A DNA stretch of 64,000 nucleotides from Macrostomum lignano. Lineage: Eukaryota. The position numbers were made by a program, and so were the translations under genes. This document shows positions 46,849-59,908 of this stretch, piece after piece. Location of the stretch: NCBI GenBank assembly GCA_002269645.1, contig NIVC01000730.1, positions 62,001-126,000 on the forward strand, given 5' to 3'. Positions within the stretch are counted from its first letter, which is position 1; every line of letters starts with the position of its first letter. The notes under the pieces are model-generated. The model saw only the letters and a list, made by a program, of their open reading frames with translations. It had not been told where the DNA came from and made no database searches.

Positions 46849-47765
46849 CAGTGTTGCTACCACAGTATTTTTTATTGCTCAGCAATTTTTAATTGCTCAA
46901 CAATAATTTTTTCAATTTTGCTTGTTTCCTGTGATTTTTTGTGGACGCTTGTCCTTTCAACTCTTTATCAAGTGGTAAAATTTAACAACAAATTTCAAAA
47001 AGCATTCCAAACCAAGTCAGCATATGTTTTCTGTTTACTATATTTCATTTTTTGCTCAATTTAAATGTCATGAATGTCATCAATATAGTATGAGGCTGTG
47101 CAAGCCTCCAGTTGTAAAGCTTGGCACAAGGAGATTGAGCATGCTGCAGTCAAGCGAGCACTAAAGAAAGCTGCTGACAAAACAGCTTGGCAAAAAAGAC
47201 AAGCAGAGTTTGGCGCTCAATCTGTGCTGCCAAAGGTTCCAAAAAATGAACATCCATTGAAAAGCCTACAGTTTTGCCTAACTAATGTTTGACTAGCCAA
47301 ACAAAGATTCATGTAAAAGAATTTTTCCCCTACAGTTACTGACATTGATCAACAATTAAAATATTAAAAGAATTCATTTCAGCTATATAGAATTAAGAAC
47401 AGATTCAGACAACTAGAGTATAGCACAAAATTTAGTTGTAAAATTGTTATTAATCATCAATAGTTGTAGCATCTTGTGTTTTAGTTGGTTGCTTGGGTTG
47501 GTTCCATAATGAACATCAGTAAACTATATTATATGTATGCCTATCTTCCCTTAAGAAAATGCTTGTGTTGTATGACTACTTCACTTATTTGGCGTAAATG
47601 AGAGTTGCATACAGTTATTGCAAATTGTAATAGTTCTTTCTGGTCAAATAGAAGATGGAATTAGAAATCTAAATATACTAAATCTCTAATATTTGTATGC
47701 TTGCTTGTCCATAACGCTCTAGAGATTGCAATTCTTCACCGATTTTTATTGCGTTTTCGCCAAAA

Positions 47766-50700
47766 TCCTATATACTAAAAATGAGTTGTCTGTATGTGGG
47801 TAGGTATGCGATAGATTTCAGAAAAAATGGCTCAACCGATTTTCTTCAAACTTGCACCATTCGATCAGAAATTTTCCTGGGACGGTACATGCATCTTGGC
47901 TAAAAAATTGCTCAATGATAAAGGGATTAAATATTCGAAAAACATGCTTTTTTGCAAAGGTCAAGCAGCTCTTTCGACCTAAAATTCATTGTAAGAATGC
48001 TAGAGAAAAAAACTGACTGGCTGAATTCTGATTGTCATAAAGATTGCATCACAACAAGTTGAAAACAGTGCCGAAGAAATGCACACACGACTTGATTAAA
48101 ATTGCGTAACCAATATTGCTAACTTGAACTGAGACTGATACTGGCTGACTGAGAAATTGATTATGTCATAACTTTTTACCCCAATTGACTTGCTGTAAGA
48201 ATTTAATTATAAGGGCCACAATTCATGTACTCCAATTGAAAAGAGATAGCCTAGATACGAACAGACTGGACTGCCAACGTAGCAACCTGGGTTCGAATTT
48301 TAGTAGTGCAAAATAATTTTTTTATAAAACACCTTGAAAACACGAAACTGCTAAACATAAAAAAGCACAATGTCAAACATAAAAAGAGGCACCATGTCAA
48401 ACATTACATGGGCACCATGTAAAACAAATACGTGACTCTATGTCAAACATTAAAGAGCCACCATGTGAAACATTAAAGAGTCACCATTTCGAACATTAAA
48501 GAGCCACCACGTCGAACATTAAAGTGCCACCATGTCAAACGTAAAAGAGCCACCATGAAGAACATTAAAGAGCCACCATGCCAAACATAAAAGAGCCACT
48601 ATGTCGAACATTAAAGAGCTAGCATGTCAAACATTAAAGAGCCACCATGTCGAACATTAAAGAGCCACCATTTCGAACATAAAAGAGCCGCCATGTAAAA
48701 CATTAAAGAGCCACATTGTCAAACATAAAAGAGCCACCATGTAAGACATTTAAGAGCCATCATGTGAAACATTTAAGAGCCACCATGTCGAACATAAAAG
48801 AGCTACCATGTCAAACCTAAAAGAGCCACCATGTCAAACCTAAAAGAGCCACCATGTCGAACATAAAAGAGCTACCATGTCAAACCTAAAAGAGCCACCA
48901 TGTCGAACATAAACGAACCTTTATGTCGTACATTAAAGAGCCACCATGTCAAACATTAAAGAGCCACCATGTCAAACATAAAAGAGCCACAATGTCAAAC
49001 ATAGAAGAGCCACAATGTCAGATATTAAAAAGCCACCGTATCAAACATAAAAGAGTTACCATGTAGAACAAAAAAGAGCCACCATGTCGAACATAAAAGA
49101 GCCACCATGTCAAGCATAAAAGAGCCACCATGTCAAACATTAAAGAGCCACCATGTCGAACATTAAAGAGCCACCATGTCAAGCATAAAAGAGCCACCAT
49201 GTCAAACATTAAAGAGCCATGTCAAACACTAAAGAGCCAACATGTCGAACATAAAAGAGCCACCATGTCAAACATTAAAGAGCCACCATGTCAGACATTA
49301 AAGAGCCACCATGTCAAACATTAAAGAGCCACCATATCGAACACTAAAGAGCCACCATGTCAAACATATGTGACTCCATGTCGAATATATACGTGCCTCC
49401 ATGTCACACATAAAAGGGCCACCATGTAAAACATATACATATGACTACATAACAAACATTAAACAGCCCACCATGTCGAACATTAAAGAGCCATCATGTC
49501 AAACATAAAAGAGCCACCATGTCAAACATTAAAGAGCCACCATGTCAGACATTAAAGAGCCACTATGTCAAACATAAAAGAGCCACCATGTCAAACATTA
49601 AAGAGCCACCATATCGAACACTAAAGAGCCACCATGTCAAACATATGTGACTCCATGTCAAATATATACGTGACTCCATGTCACACATAAAAGAGCCACC
49701 ATGTAAAACATATACATATGACTACATAACAAACATTAAACAGCCACCATGTCGAACATTAAAGAGACATCATGTCAAACATAAAAGAGCCACCATGTCA
49801 TAAATTAAAGACCCACCATGTCAAACATTAAAGAGCCACCATGTCAAACATTAAAGAGCCACCATGTCAAACATTAAAGAGCCACATGTCGAACATAAAA
49901 GAGCCACTTTGTCAAACATCTACGAGTCACCATGTCAAGCGTATACATGACTCCATTTCAGACATTAAAGTGCCACCATGTCAAACATAAAAGAGCCACC
50001 AGCTCAAACATTAAAGAGCCACCATGTCAGACACAAAACAGCTACCATGTCAAACATAAATGGGGTGCCTACTATCTTGGAGTGCTTGCTATCTGGAGAT
50101 GCGTGCTATCTGGGGGTGCTTGCTATCTGGGGGATGCTTGCTATCTTGGGGGTTCTAGCTATCTGGGGGTGCTTGCTATTAGGTGGATGCTTGCTATCTG
50201 GGGTGCCTGCTATCTTGGAGTGCTTGCTATCTGGAGATGCGTGCTATCTGGGGGTGCTTGCTATCTGGGGGTGCTTGCTATCTGGGGGTGCTTGCTATCT
50301 GGGGGTGCTTGCTATTAGGTGGATGCTTGCTATCTGGGGTGCCTGCTATCTGGGGGTTCTTGCTATCTGGGGGTGCTTGCTATCTGGGGGTGCTTGCTAT
50401 TAGGTGGATGCTTGCTATCTGGGGTGCCTGCTATCTGGGGGTGCTTGCTATCTGGAGATGCTTGCTATCTGGGGGTGCTTGCTATTAGGTGGATGCTTGC
50501 TATCTGGGGTGCCTGCTATCTGGGGGTGCTTGCTATCTAGAGATGCTTGCTATCTGGGGGTGCTTGCTATCTGGGGGTGCTTGCTATCTGGGGGTGCTTG
50601 CTATTAGGTGGATGCTTGCTATCTGGGGATGCTTGCTATTAGGTGGATGCTTGCTATCTGGGGGTGCTTGCTATTAGGTGGATGCTTGCTATCTGGGGTG

Positions 50701-51301
50701 CTTGCTATCTGGAGATGCTTGCTATCTGGGGGTGCTTGCTATCTGGGGGTGCTTGCTATCTAAGGGTGCTTGCTATTAGGTGGATGCTTGCTATCTTGGG
50801 GTGCTTGCTATTAGGTGGATGCTTGCTATCTGGGGTGCCTGCTATCTGGGGTGCTTGCTATCTAGAGATGCTTGCTACTTGGGGTGCTTGCTATCTGGGG
50901 TGCTTGCTATCTGGGGGTGCTTGCTATCTAAGGGTGCTTGCTATTAGGTGGATGCTTGCTATCTTGGGGTGCTTGCTATTAGGTGGATGCTTGCTATCTG
51001 GGGTGCCTGCTATCTGGGGGTGCTTGCTATCTGGAGATGCTTGCCTTGCTATCCAAGGGTGCTTGCTATCTGGGGATGCTTGCTATCTAAGGGTGCTTGC
51101 TATTAGGTGGATGCTTGCTATCTGGGGGTGCTTGCTATCTGGGGGGTTGCTTGCTGTCCTGGGATATTTTTTTGCATTGCACTTCATTTGAGCAGTTTTT
51201 CTATTGTCTATGTGAAGGCTTTATTTGGCCGTCTTTTTGATACTTGTAGAGTGCCAGAGATTCTATCTAGATGCCCCCCATCGGGGGGCGAAGATTGCTA
51301 G
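47766..51301 (+). mobile_element. Non-autonomous Helitron copy A (3.5 kb), containing a 23-bp array (CATGTCAAACATTAAAGAGCCAC, ~48355-50062) and a 16-18-bp array (TCTGGGGGTGCTTGCTA, ~50063-51150)
   Basis: It starts with TC after an A (a|TCCTATATACTAAAA), followed by the AAATGGCTCAACCGATTTT block typical of HINE/Lep1-like Helitrons. It ends in the hairpin GCCCCCC-ATC-GGGGGGC, 8 nt, then CTAG. Confidence 0.88.
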
Positions 51302-51330
51302 TCCTATATACTAAAAATGGTCTGTCTGTG

Positions 51331-51363
<33 letters not shown>

Positions 51364-54300
51364 GTGATCGATTAGAGAAAAAATGGCTGGACCGATTTTG
51401 TTCAAACTTGCACTGTTCGATCAGAAATTTTCCCGTGACTGTACATGCATCGCGGCTAAGAAATTGCTCGATGCTAAAGGCATTAAATATTCGAAAAACA
51501 TGCTTTTTGCAAAGGTCAAGCAAGCTTTTCGACTTGAAATGCATTGTAAGAATGCTAGAGAAAAAACTGACTGGTTGAATTCTGGTTCTGAAATAGATTG
51601 CATCATCACTGAATTGTAACTCCGACTTGAATTGAAAATGCAGTGTGGAAGCGTAGCACCAGACTTGATTTAAATTGCGTAACCATATTGTTAACTGATA
51701 CTGACTGACTGAGAAACTGATTATGTCATAACTGCTTCGTGTGATTTACTCTATGCTTGGATTTTAAACTGTTGAATTATATATATATATAAGTGCAAAA
51801 TTTGATGTTATCAAAAAGATGAGAACTAGCCTAGAGGTGAACAGACTGAACTGCTAAATGCAGCGACGATGGTTCGAATTTTCATAGAGTATAATTTTTT
51901 AATTAAAGCTTTTCAACGTCAGGAAAACTAAAAGACTTTTTAAAAAGAAGCGTCATGTAAAAATCATAGTAGCGTCATGTAAAAAATCGTAGAAGCGTCA
52001 TATAAAAAATTATAGAAGCGTCATATAAAAATCATAGATGCGTCATTTAAAAAATCATAGAAGCATCATATAAAAATCATAGATGCGTCATTTAAAAAAC
52101 CATAGAAGCATCATGTAAACAATCATAGAAGCGTCATTTAAAAAATCATAGAAGCATCATATAAAAATCATAGATGCGTCATTTAAAAAATCATAGAAGC
52201 ATCATGTAAACAATCATAGAAGCGTCATTTAAAAAAATCATAGAAGCGTCATATAAAAATCATAGATGCGTCATTTAAAAAATCATGGAAGCGTCATGTA
52301 AACAATCATAGAAGCGTCATGTGAAAATCATAGAAGCGTCACGTAAAGAATCATAGAAGCGTCATGTAAACAATCATAGAAGCGTCATGTAAACAATCAT
52401 AGAAGCGTCATGTAAAAAATCGTAGAAGCGTCATTTAAAAAATCATAGAAGCGTCATGCAAAAATCATAGATGCGTCATTTAAAAAATCATGGAAGCGTC
52501 ATGTAAACAATCATAGAAGCGTCATGTAAAAAATCATAGAAGCGTCATATAAAAATCATAGATGCATCATTTAAAAAAATCATAGAAGCGTCATATAAAA
52601 AATCATAGAAGCGTCATGTAAAAATCATAGAAGCGTCATGTAAACAATCATAGAAGCGTCATGTAAAAAATCATAGAAGCGTCATATAAAAATCATAGAT
52701 GCATCATTTAAAAAAAATCATAGAAGCGTCATATAAAAAATCATAGAAGCGTCATGTAAAAATCATAGAAGCGTCATGTAAACAACCATAGAAGCGTCAT
52801 GTAAAAAATCATAGAAGAGTCATGTAAACAATCATAGAAGCGTCATGTAAGCAATCATAGAAGCGTCATGTAAACAATCATAGAAGCGTCATGTAAACAA
52901 TCATAGAAGCGTCATGTAAGCAATCATAAAAGCATCATGTAAACAATCATAGAAGCGTCATGTAAACAATCACAGAAGCGTCATGAAAAAATCATAGAAG
53001 CGTCATGTAAACAATCATAGAAGCGTCATGTAAACAATCATAGAAGCATCATGTAAAAAAATCATAGTAGCGTCATGTAAACAATCATAGAAGCGTCATG
53101 TAAAGAATCATAGAAGCGTCATGTAAAAAAATCATAGATGCGTCATTTAAAAAATCATAGAAGCATCATGTAAACAATCATAGTAGCGTCATTTAAAAAA
53201 ATCATAGAAGCGTCATATAAAAATCATAGATGCGTCATTTAAAAAATCATAGAAGCGTCATGTGAAAATCATAAAAGCGTCACGTAAAGAATCATAGAAG
53301 CGTCATGTAAACAATCATAGAAGCGTCATGTAAACAATCATAGAAGCGTCATGTAAACAATCATAGAAGCGTCATGTAAAAAATCATAGAAGCGTCATGT
53401 AAACAATCATAGAAGCGTCATGTAAACAATCATAGAAGCGTCATTTAAAAAATCATAGAAGCGTCATGTAAACAATCATAGAAGCGTCATGTAAAAAATC
53501 ATAGAAGCGTCATGTAAAAAATCATAGAAGCGTCATGTAAAAATCGTAGAAGCGTCATTTAAAAATCATAGAAAATCATAAAAATCAAAAATTTAATGCA
53601 GCTATAATGCTGTGCTGGGGAGAAAAACTGAGACGTAAAGGCTCTCAGAGAATAACTGCTGAGATTACGGGGGGGGGGTTTCTGAGATGTTAAAGCAAAA
53701 GTCAGAAGCTACTTCAAAGTTCATGTACTTTACTCAATTTTTTTATTGCATTCTTTGTTGGCTCGCCACGGGAGGCGCTTATAGAAGAAGAGTCATGTAA
53801 AAAATAAAAGTAGCACTACGAGCGTATGTACGAGCTATACATAAAAGAAAAGTCATGTTCAAGTTAAAAGATTCATTTGGGAATTGCTACGATGTCAAAG
53901 CTTGGTGGAAATCGTTATAGTGCTGTGATTCTTAAAGAAGGAATCACTAAAATGTCAAGGCTTAGGGGAGAAGAATTGCTGAGATTTCAAGGCTTTAGGT
54001 TGGGTTAAAGTTAGGTTTAGGTCAGGTGTGGGTTGAGGGTTATATTTTATCGGGTTTCAAGGTTAACGGGGGATTTTTCAGAGTTCAAGGTTTATGGAGG
54101 CCATCGCTGACATGTCAAGGCTTACGGGGGGGATAGCTGAGATGTCAAGGCTCACGGGGGTATAAATGAGATTTCAAAGCTAAAGTCAGAAGCTACATGT
54201 AGTTTATTGAAAACTTTTTATTACATTATTTGATGCCTCCTCAGGGGAGGGATCGCTGATAAAAAAAGCGTAATGTAAAAAATAAAAGAAGCTTCATGTC

Positions 54301-57300
54301 GAAGTTAAGAGATTCATTTGGGAATCCCTACGATGTCGAGGCTTGCAGGAAATCGCTATAATGCTGTAGTAGTGCTATAGTGACTCTTAGAGAGAATTAC
54401 TGAAATTTCAATGTTAGGTTAGGGTTAGGGTTAGGGTTAGGGCTAGGGTTAGGGTTAGGGTTAGGCTAGGGTTAGAAGGTTGACAGATATTTTTAGATTT
54501 CCAAGGCTTATTGGGGGCATTGCTGAGATGTCAAGGGGGGAAGTTGATATGTCAAACATAAAAGAGCTACCGTGTCGAACATTAAAGAGCCACCATGTCA
54601 AACATTTAAGAGCCACCATGTCAAACATAAAAGAGCCACCATTTCGAACATTAAAGAGCCACCATTTCGAACATTAAAGAGCCACCATTTCGAACATTAA
54701 AGAGCCACCATTTTGAACATTAAAGAGCCACTATGTCAAACAATTAAGAGCCACCATGTCAAACATAAAAGAGCCACTTTGTCGAACATTAAAGAGCCAT
54801 TATGTCAAACATAAAAGAGCCAACATGTCAGACATTAAAAAGCCACCGTATCAAACATAAAAGAGTTACCATGTAGAACAAAAAAGATCCACCATGTCGA
54901 ACATAAAAGAGCCACCATGTCAAACATAAAGAGCCACCATGTCAAACATTTAGGAGCCACCATGTCAAACATATATGTGACTTTATGTCAAATATTAAAG
55001 AGCCACCATGTGAAACATTAAAGAGCCACCATATCAAACATTTAAGAGCCACCATGTCAAACCTAAAAGAGCCACCATGTCAAACATAAAAGAGCCACTA
55101 TTTCAAACATTGAAGAGCCACCATTTCGAACATTGAAGAGCCACCATTTCGAACATTAAAGAGCCACCATGTCAAACAATTAAAAGCCAGCATGTCCAAC
55201 ATAAAAGAGCCACTTTGACAAACACTAAAGAGCCACCATGTCAAACATAAAAGAGACAACATGTCAGACATTTAAAAGCCACCGTATCAAACATAAAAGA
55301 GTTACCATGTAGAACATTAAAGAGCCACCATGTCGAAAATTAAAGAGCCACCATGTAGAATATTAAAGAGCCACCATGAAGAACATTAAAGAGCCACCAT
55401 GTCAAACATTTAGAAGCCACCATGTCAAAGATTTAAGAGCCACCATGTCAAACATAAAAGAGCCACCATTTCAAACATTGAAGAGCCACCATTTCGAACA
55501 TTGAAGAGCCACCATTTCGAACATTAAAGAGCCACCATGTCAAACATATATGTGACTTTATGTCAAACATTAAAGAGCCACCACGTCGAACATTAAACAG
55601 CCACCATGTCAAACAATAAAGAGCCACCATGTCAAACATAAAAGAGCCACCATGTAAAACATTAAAGAGCCACCATGTCAAACATTTAAGAGCCACCATG
55701 TCAAACATAATAGAGCCAAAATTTCGAACATTAAAGAGCCACCATTTCGAACATTTAAGAGCCACCATTTTGAACATTAAAGAGCCACCATGTCAAACAA
55801 TTAAGAGCCACCATGTCAAACATTAAAGAGCCACTATTTCGAACATTAAAGAGCTACCATGTCGAACATTAAAGAGCCACCATGTCTAACATAAAAGAGC
55901 TATACCATGTCAAACATTAAAGAGCCACCATGTCGAATATAAAGAGCCACCATGTCAAACATAAAGAGCCACCATGTCAAAAATTTAGAAGCCACCATGT
56001 CAAACATATATGTGACTTTATGTCAAACATTAAAGAGCCACCATGTCGAAAATATATGTGACCTTATGTCAAACATTAAAGAGCCACCACGTCGAACATT
56101 AAACAGCCACCATGTCAAACAATAGAGCCACCATGCCAAACATAAAAGAGCCACCATGTCGAACATTAAAGAGCCACCATGCCAACATAAAAGAGCCACT
56201 ATGTCGAACATTAAAGAGCCACCATGTCAAGCATAAAAGAGCAACCATGTCAAACATATACGTAACTCCATGTCGAACATTGCAGAGCCACCATATCAAA
56301 CAATAAAGAGCCACCGTGTTAAGCAAAAAAGAGCCACCATGCCAAACATAAAAGAGCCACCATATCGAACATTAAAGAGCCACCATGCCAACATAAAAGA
56401 GCCACCATGTCGAACATAAGAGAGCCACCATGTTAAGCAAAAAAGAGCCACTTTTATGTTCGACATACGTGAACATGTCGAACATAAAAGAGCCACCATG
56501 TTAAGCAAAAAAGAGCCACCATGTCAAACATAAAAGAGCCACCATGTCAAGCATAAAAAAGCCACCATGTCAAGCATAAAAGAGCCACCATGTAAAACAT
56601 TGAAGAGCCACCATGTCGAACATTAAAGAGCCACCATTTCAAACATTAAAGAGCCACCATGTCAAACATAAAAGAGCCACCATGTCTAATATTAAAGAGC
56701 CACCATGTCAAACATTAAAGAACCACCATGTCTAACATTATAGAGTCACCATGTCAAACATTAAAGAGCCACCATTTCAAACATTAAAGAGCAACAATGT
56801 CAAACATAAAAGAGCCACCATGTCTAACATTATAGAGCCACCATGTCGAACATTAAAGAGCCACCATGTCTAACATTAAAGAGCCACCATGTCGAATATA
56901 AAAGAACCACCATGTCGAACATTAAGGAGCCACCATGTCTAACATTAAAGAGCCACCATGTCAAACATAAAAGAGCCACCATGTCAAACATTAAAGAGCC
57001 ACAATGTCAAACATGAAAGAGTCACTATGTCAAACAATAAAGAGACACCATGTCAGACATTAAAAAACCCCGAATCAAACATTAAAGAGCCACCATGTCA
57101 AACATAAAATTTACACAATTTCAAACGTAAAAGTAAGCATCATGCCAATTTTAAAGGAGCCACTATAAAGCTAAGGAAATTGTAGCACTAGCTACTTATT
57201 GTATGGTGGATGCTTACTATTTGGGGATGCTTGCTATCTGGGGGATGCTTGCTATCTAGGGGATGCTTGCTATCTGGGGGATGCTTGCTATCCGGGAGGG

Positions 57301-57674
57301 GAATGCTTGCTATCTGGGGGATGCTTGCTATCTGGGGGATGCTTGCTATCTGGGGATGCTTGCTATCTGGGGGATGCTTGCAATCTGGGGGATGCTTGCT
57401 ATCTGGGGGATGCTTGCTATCTGGGGGATGCTTGCTATCTGGGGGATGCTTGCTATCTGGGGGATGCTTGCTATCTTTGGGATGCTTGCTATCTGGGGGA
57501 TGCTTGCTATCTAGGGGATGCTTGCTGTCTTGGGATGATTTCTTTTTGGATTACACTTTATTTGAGCAGTTTGTCTGTCGTCTTTGTGAAGGCATTATTT
57601 GGCTGTCTTTTTGTTACTTGTAGAGAACAAAGATTCTATCTAGATGTCCCCCAACGGGGGGCGAAGATTGCTAG
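51302..57674 (+). mobile_element. Non-autonomous Helitron copy B (6.4 kb), head-to-tail with A; arrays ATCATAGAAGCGTCATGTAAACA (~51945-53580), the 23-bp AAAGAGCCAC family (~54548-57110) and 18-bp TCTGGGGGATGCTTGCTA (~57205-57535)
   Basis: CTAG|TCCTATATACTAAAA junction at 51301/51302. The 5' ~600 bp is clearly homologous to A. The 3' hairpin GTCCCCC-AAC-GGGGGGC is followed by CTAG and then T at 57675. Confidence 0.88.
54414..54475 (+). repeat. Interstitial telomeric repeat (TTAGGG)~10 inside Helitron B
   Basis: Seen directly, with two CTAGGG variants. Confidence 0.92.
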
Positions 57675-57802
57675 TGGAAAGCTAAAAAAGAAAGCTGTTT
57701 TTGCACCTTGGCGCCTTTTTCTCTATGACAAATAAAAAATTTGTTCTTGCAATTTTTTCTTATCCTGTGATAATTTCTTTGGTTGTTGTAATGGCAACAC
57801 TG

Positions 57803-58338
57803 TGAGAAAGCAAAGATAAAAGAAAAGAAAAATGAAAGAAGAAACAAGAGACAAGAAGAAAAAAGAAAAGAAAAGAGAGAAAATAGGAAAGAAAAAAGAA
57901 AGTATGAGAGGAGAGGGAAGAAAGAGTAAAGAGGAAAGATAAAAGTATAAATTAAAAAGTTTATAGAATAAAGGAGAAAAAAGAGAAAAGGGAAGTGTTA
58001 AGAAAGGGGAGAGTTAGGAATGAAAAGAAGGAAGAAGAGAGAGAGTAAATAGCCGAAAGAAATGAGAAATGATAAAAAAAGGAGAAAGGAAAAGAGCAAA
58101 CAAGAGAGAAAAGAATAGAGAAGAGAAGGAAGAGACAAAAGAAAAGAGAGGAGAGAAAAGAGAAAAGAGCAAAGAGAAGAAAGAAAAAAAGAAAAAGAAG
58201 AAAAACGAAAAAATAGATAAAAGGGATAAAAGAAGAGAAATGAAAGAAAATACAAGAGAAGAGAGAAGCAAAAAGAAGAGAGACAAAAAGAAGAAAGACA
58301 AAGGACAAAAAAGAAGAAAAAAACAAAAGAGAAGATAA
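57803..58338. repeat. Polypurine (A/G) low-complexity tract, right half
   Basis: Almost all A/G; it is the source of the spurious F/L/S and K/E/R ORFs. Confidence 0.9.
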
Positions 58339-59194
58339 AAGTTTCAAAGGATCCAAGGGACATAGGGAGAGTCTTAGGCAAAAGCCAGAGTTTGCCAATA
58401 TATGTTTTAGAGTTAGATAGACATTGCTTGATATTTAGCTTAGTACCCCAACTAACAAAATCAAATGTTTCCTTCAAAATCTAATTTTACACAAATGTAT
58501 TTAATTTTATGTTTACCTCTATCCTATTAACTATTAATAAGTTTTTGTTTCAATATGGCCTTATATTTCAATATATATATGCAAAAAAATTTTCTAGGGA
58601 TTCGAATTCCCTGGGTTCAAAATTTGTAGGTTTCAATGGCTTGTATATCTACATTTTTTCTTGTGTTCAAAGTATGCTTTGGCCTCTTAACTTGTGTGAT
58701 TTTCTAGATTTTATTTTTGGCAATGTAAATGTCAAAATAAGGCTTTAAGATAAGTTTTAAAACAGCATTTAAACTGCATTTTTTTATTTTAAGCATAAAT
58801 TTAGGGTATATATATTTGCTCATTGAAGTATTACTCCTTCTTGGATTCTTAAAGATGTTCCTAGAAATAGAACCCGCTACTCCTGAAGTAGCTAGATAGC
58901 ACCATTGTACTACCTATCAATTTGCCTGAAAATGAACCTAAAACGTTAGCCTTGACTTGGTAAGGTTGCTGCCACCTTGGTGTGCAAACTTGACGCGTCG
59001 GCAGAGTTGTCTATCCGCCACCTAAAATAAAATAATGAGGTCACTCAGAGCAAAGGCAAATCTGAAAAATGTCTTGACAGTCATTTGTCTTAGTAGAATG
59101 CTGCTCAAACCTGAAAACCTGAAAAACCTGAAATGAGGAGAGCTCAGAGAAGGCTTCACGAGTCAGCCACAATGCTCCGTGAGATGACATAGTC

Positions 59195-59430
59195 TGAAGA
59201 AAAATGGCTCAAAGATGCTCCGTATTTATAGCCGAGCAGACCCCCCAAAAGTCACGTGAGTATCATGTAGTGAGCGCATGAAACTTCCTTATTTGGTCAC
59301 AAAAATCATGCAAGCGACGCATGATTCAAGGCCAACTTCCAAATAAGGCAACCCTGTGAACCCAAGGTCAGTGGCCACGTATAGCATGCGTGCACAGTCA
59401 CGTGCTTATTCTGTGCTAAAAATAGAACTT
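59195..59430 (-). promoter_or_regulatory. Candidate Pol II promoter facing left: TATA, two CArG boxes with adjacent Ets cores, a MEF2 site and two CACGTG boxes
   Basis: TATAAATA at 59230-59223. CCTTATTTGG at 59287-59296 and CCAAATAAGG at 59339-59348, each overlapped by ACTTCC. CTAAAAATAG at 59416-59425. CACGTG at 59253 and 59399. Inr-like sites at 59205/59195. Confidence 0.6.
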
Positions 59431-59908
59431 GGGCAGATAAGTAATCCTGTTTACTCCCTCTAGGCAGCCCTTCACTCCGTGCAAGTGATGAGCCATCTTG
59501 CTACGCCTCCTCAACGCAAGTGGGAAGACATTGAGTGTGGCTGCCCGCGCCTGCTCAGGCGATGAGTCATTGGGCAGTAAACACTTAGGCCCAGCATTGG
59601 GTATCTCTCTTACTAGATCAGGTAGACTGAGATATTGTGCAATGGATCACAGCACTTAATTTAAAAATTTTTTCACTTCTGCCTATTATTATAATTGTCA
59701 GTTTGCTATTAATAGGTCCTTAAGCTTACTAATCATTAGGCCAAGGCTCAACTATTAGATCTATAATCTAGGCCTAGTTTAGGATTAAACTAAATTAGTA
59801 AGTTAATAATAATCTCTAATTTTATTTAAGATAGAATTATATTTAATATTTAATTCCTATTTACTTGCATTTGCCTCCGTGGCTATTTGCATAATAATTA
59901 GTATATTA

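Larger units (their letters stand above)
46849..57802. mobile_element. hAT-like non-autonomous element (~1.05 kb of its own sequence) interrupted by the Helitron dimer
   Basis: Left end CAGTGTTGCTACCACA; right end as reverse complement CAGTGTTGCCATTACA. Flanks TAAGAGAG / TGAGAAAG (6/8 match). It splits one polypurine tract in two. Confidence 0.7.

Noticed and set aside
54414-54475. True chromosome end
   Set aside because: Only ~10 repeats, with element sequence continuing on both sides.
46387-58477. F/L/S-rich, K/E/R-rich, KEPPC and GACYL ORFs
   Set aside because: They derive from polypurine tracts and Helitron-internal satellites; no Rep/helicase or transposase motifs are present, so all elements are called non-autonomous.
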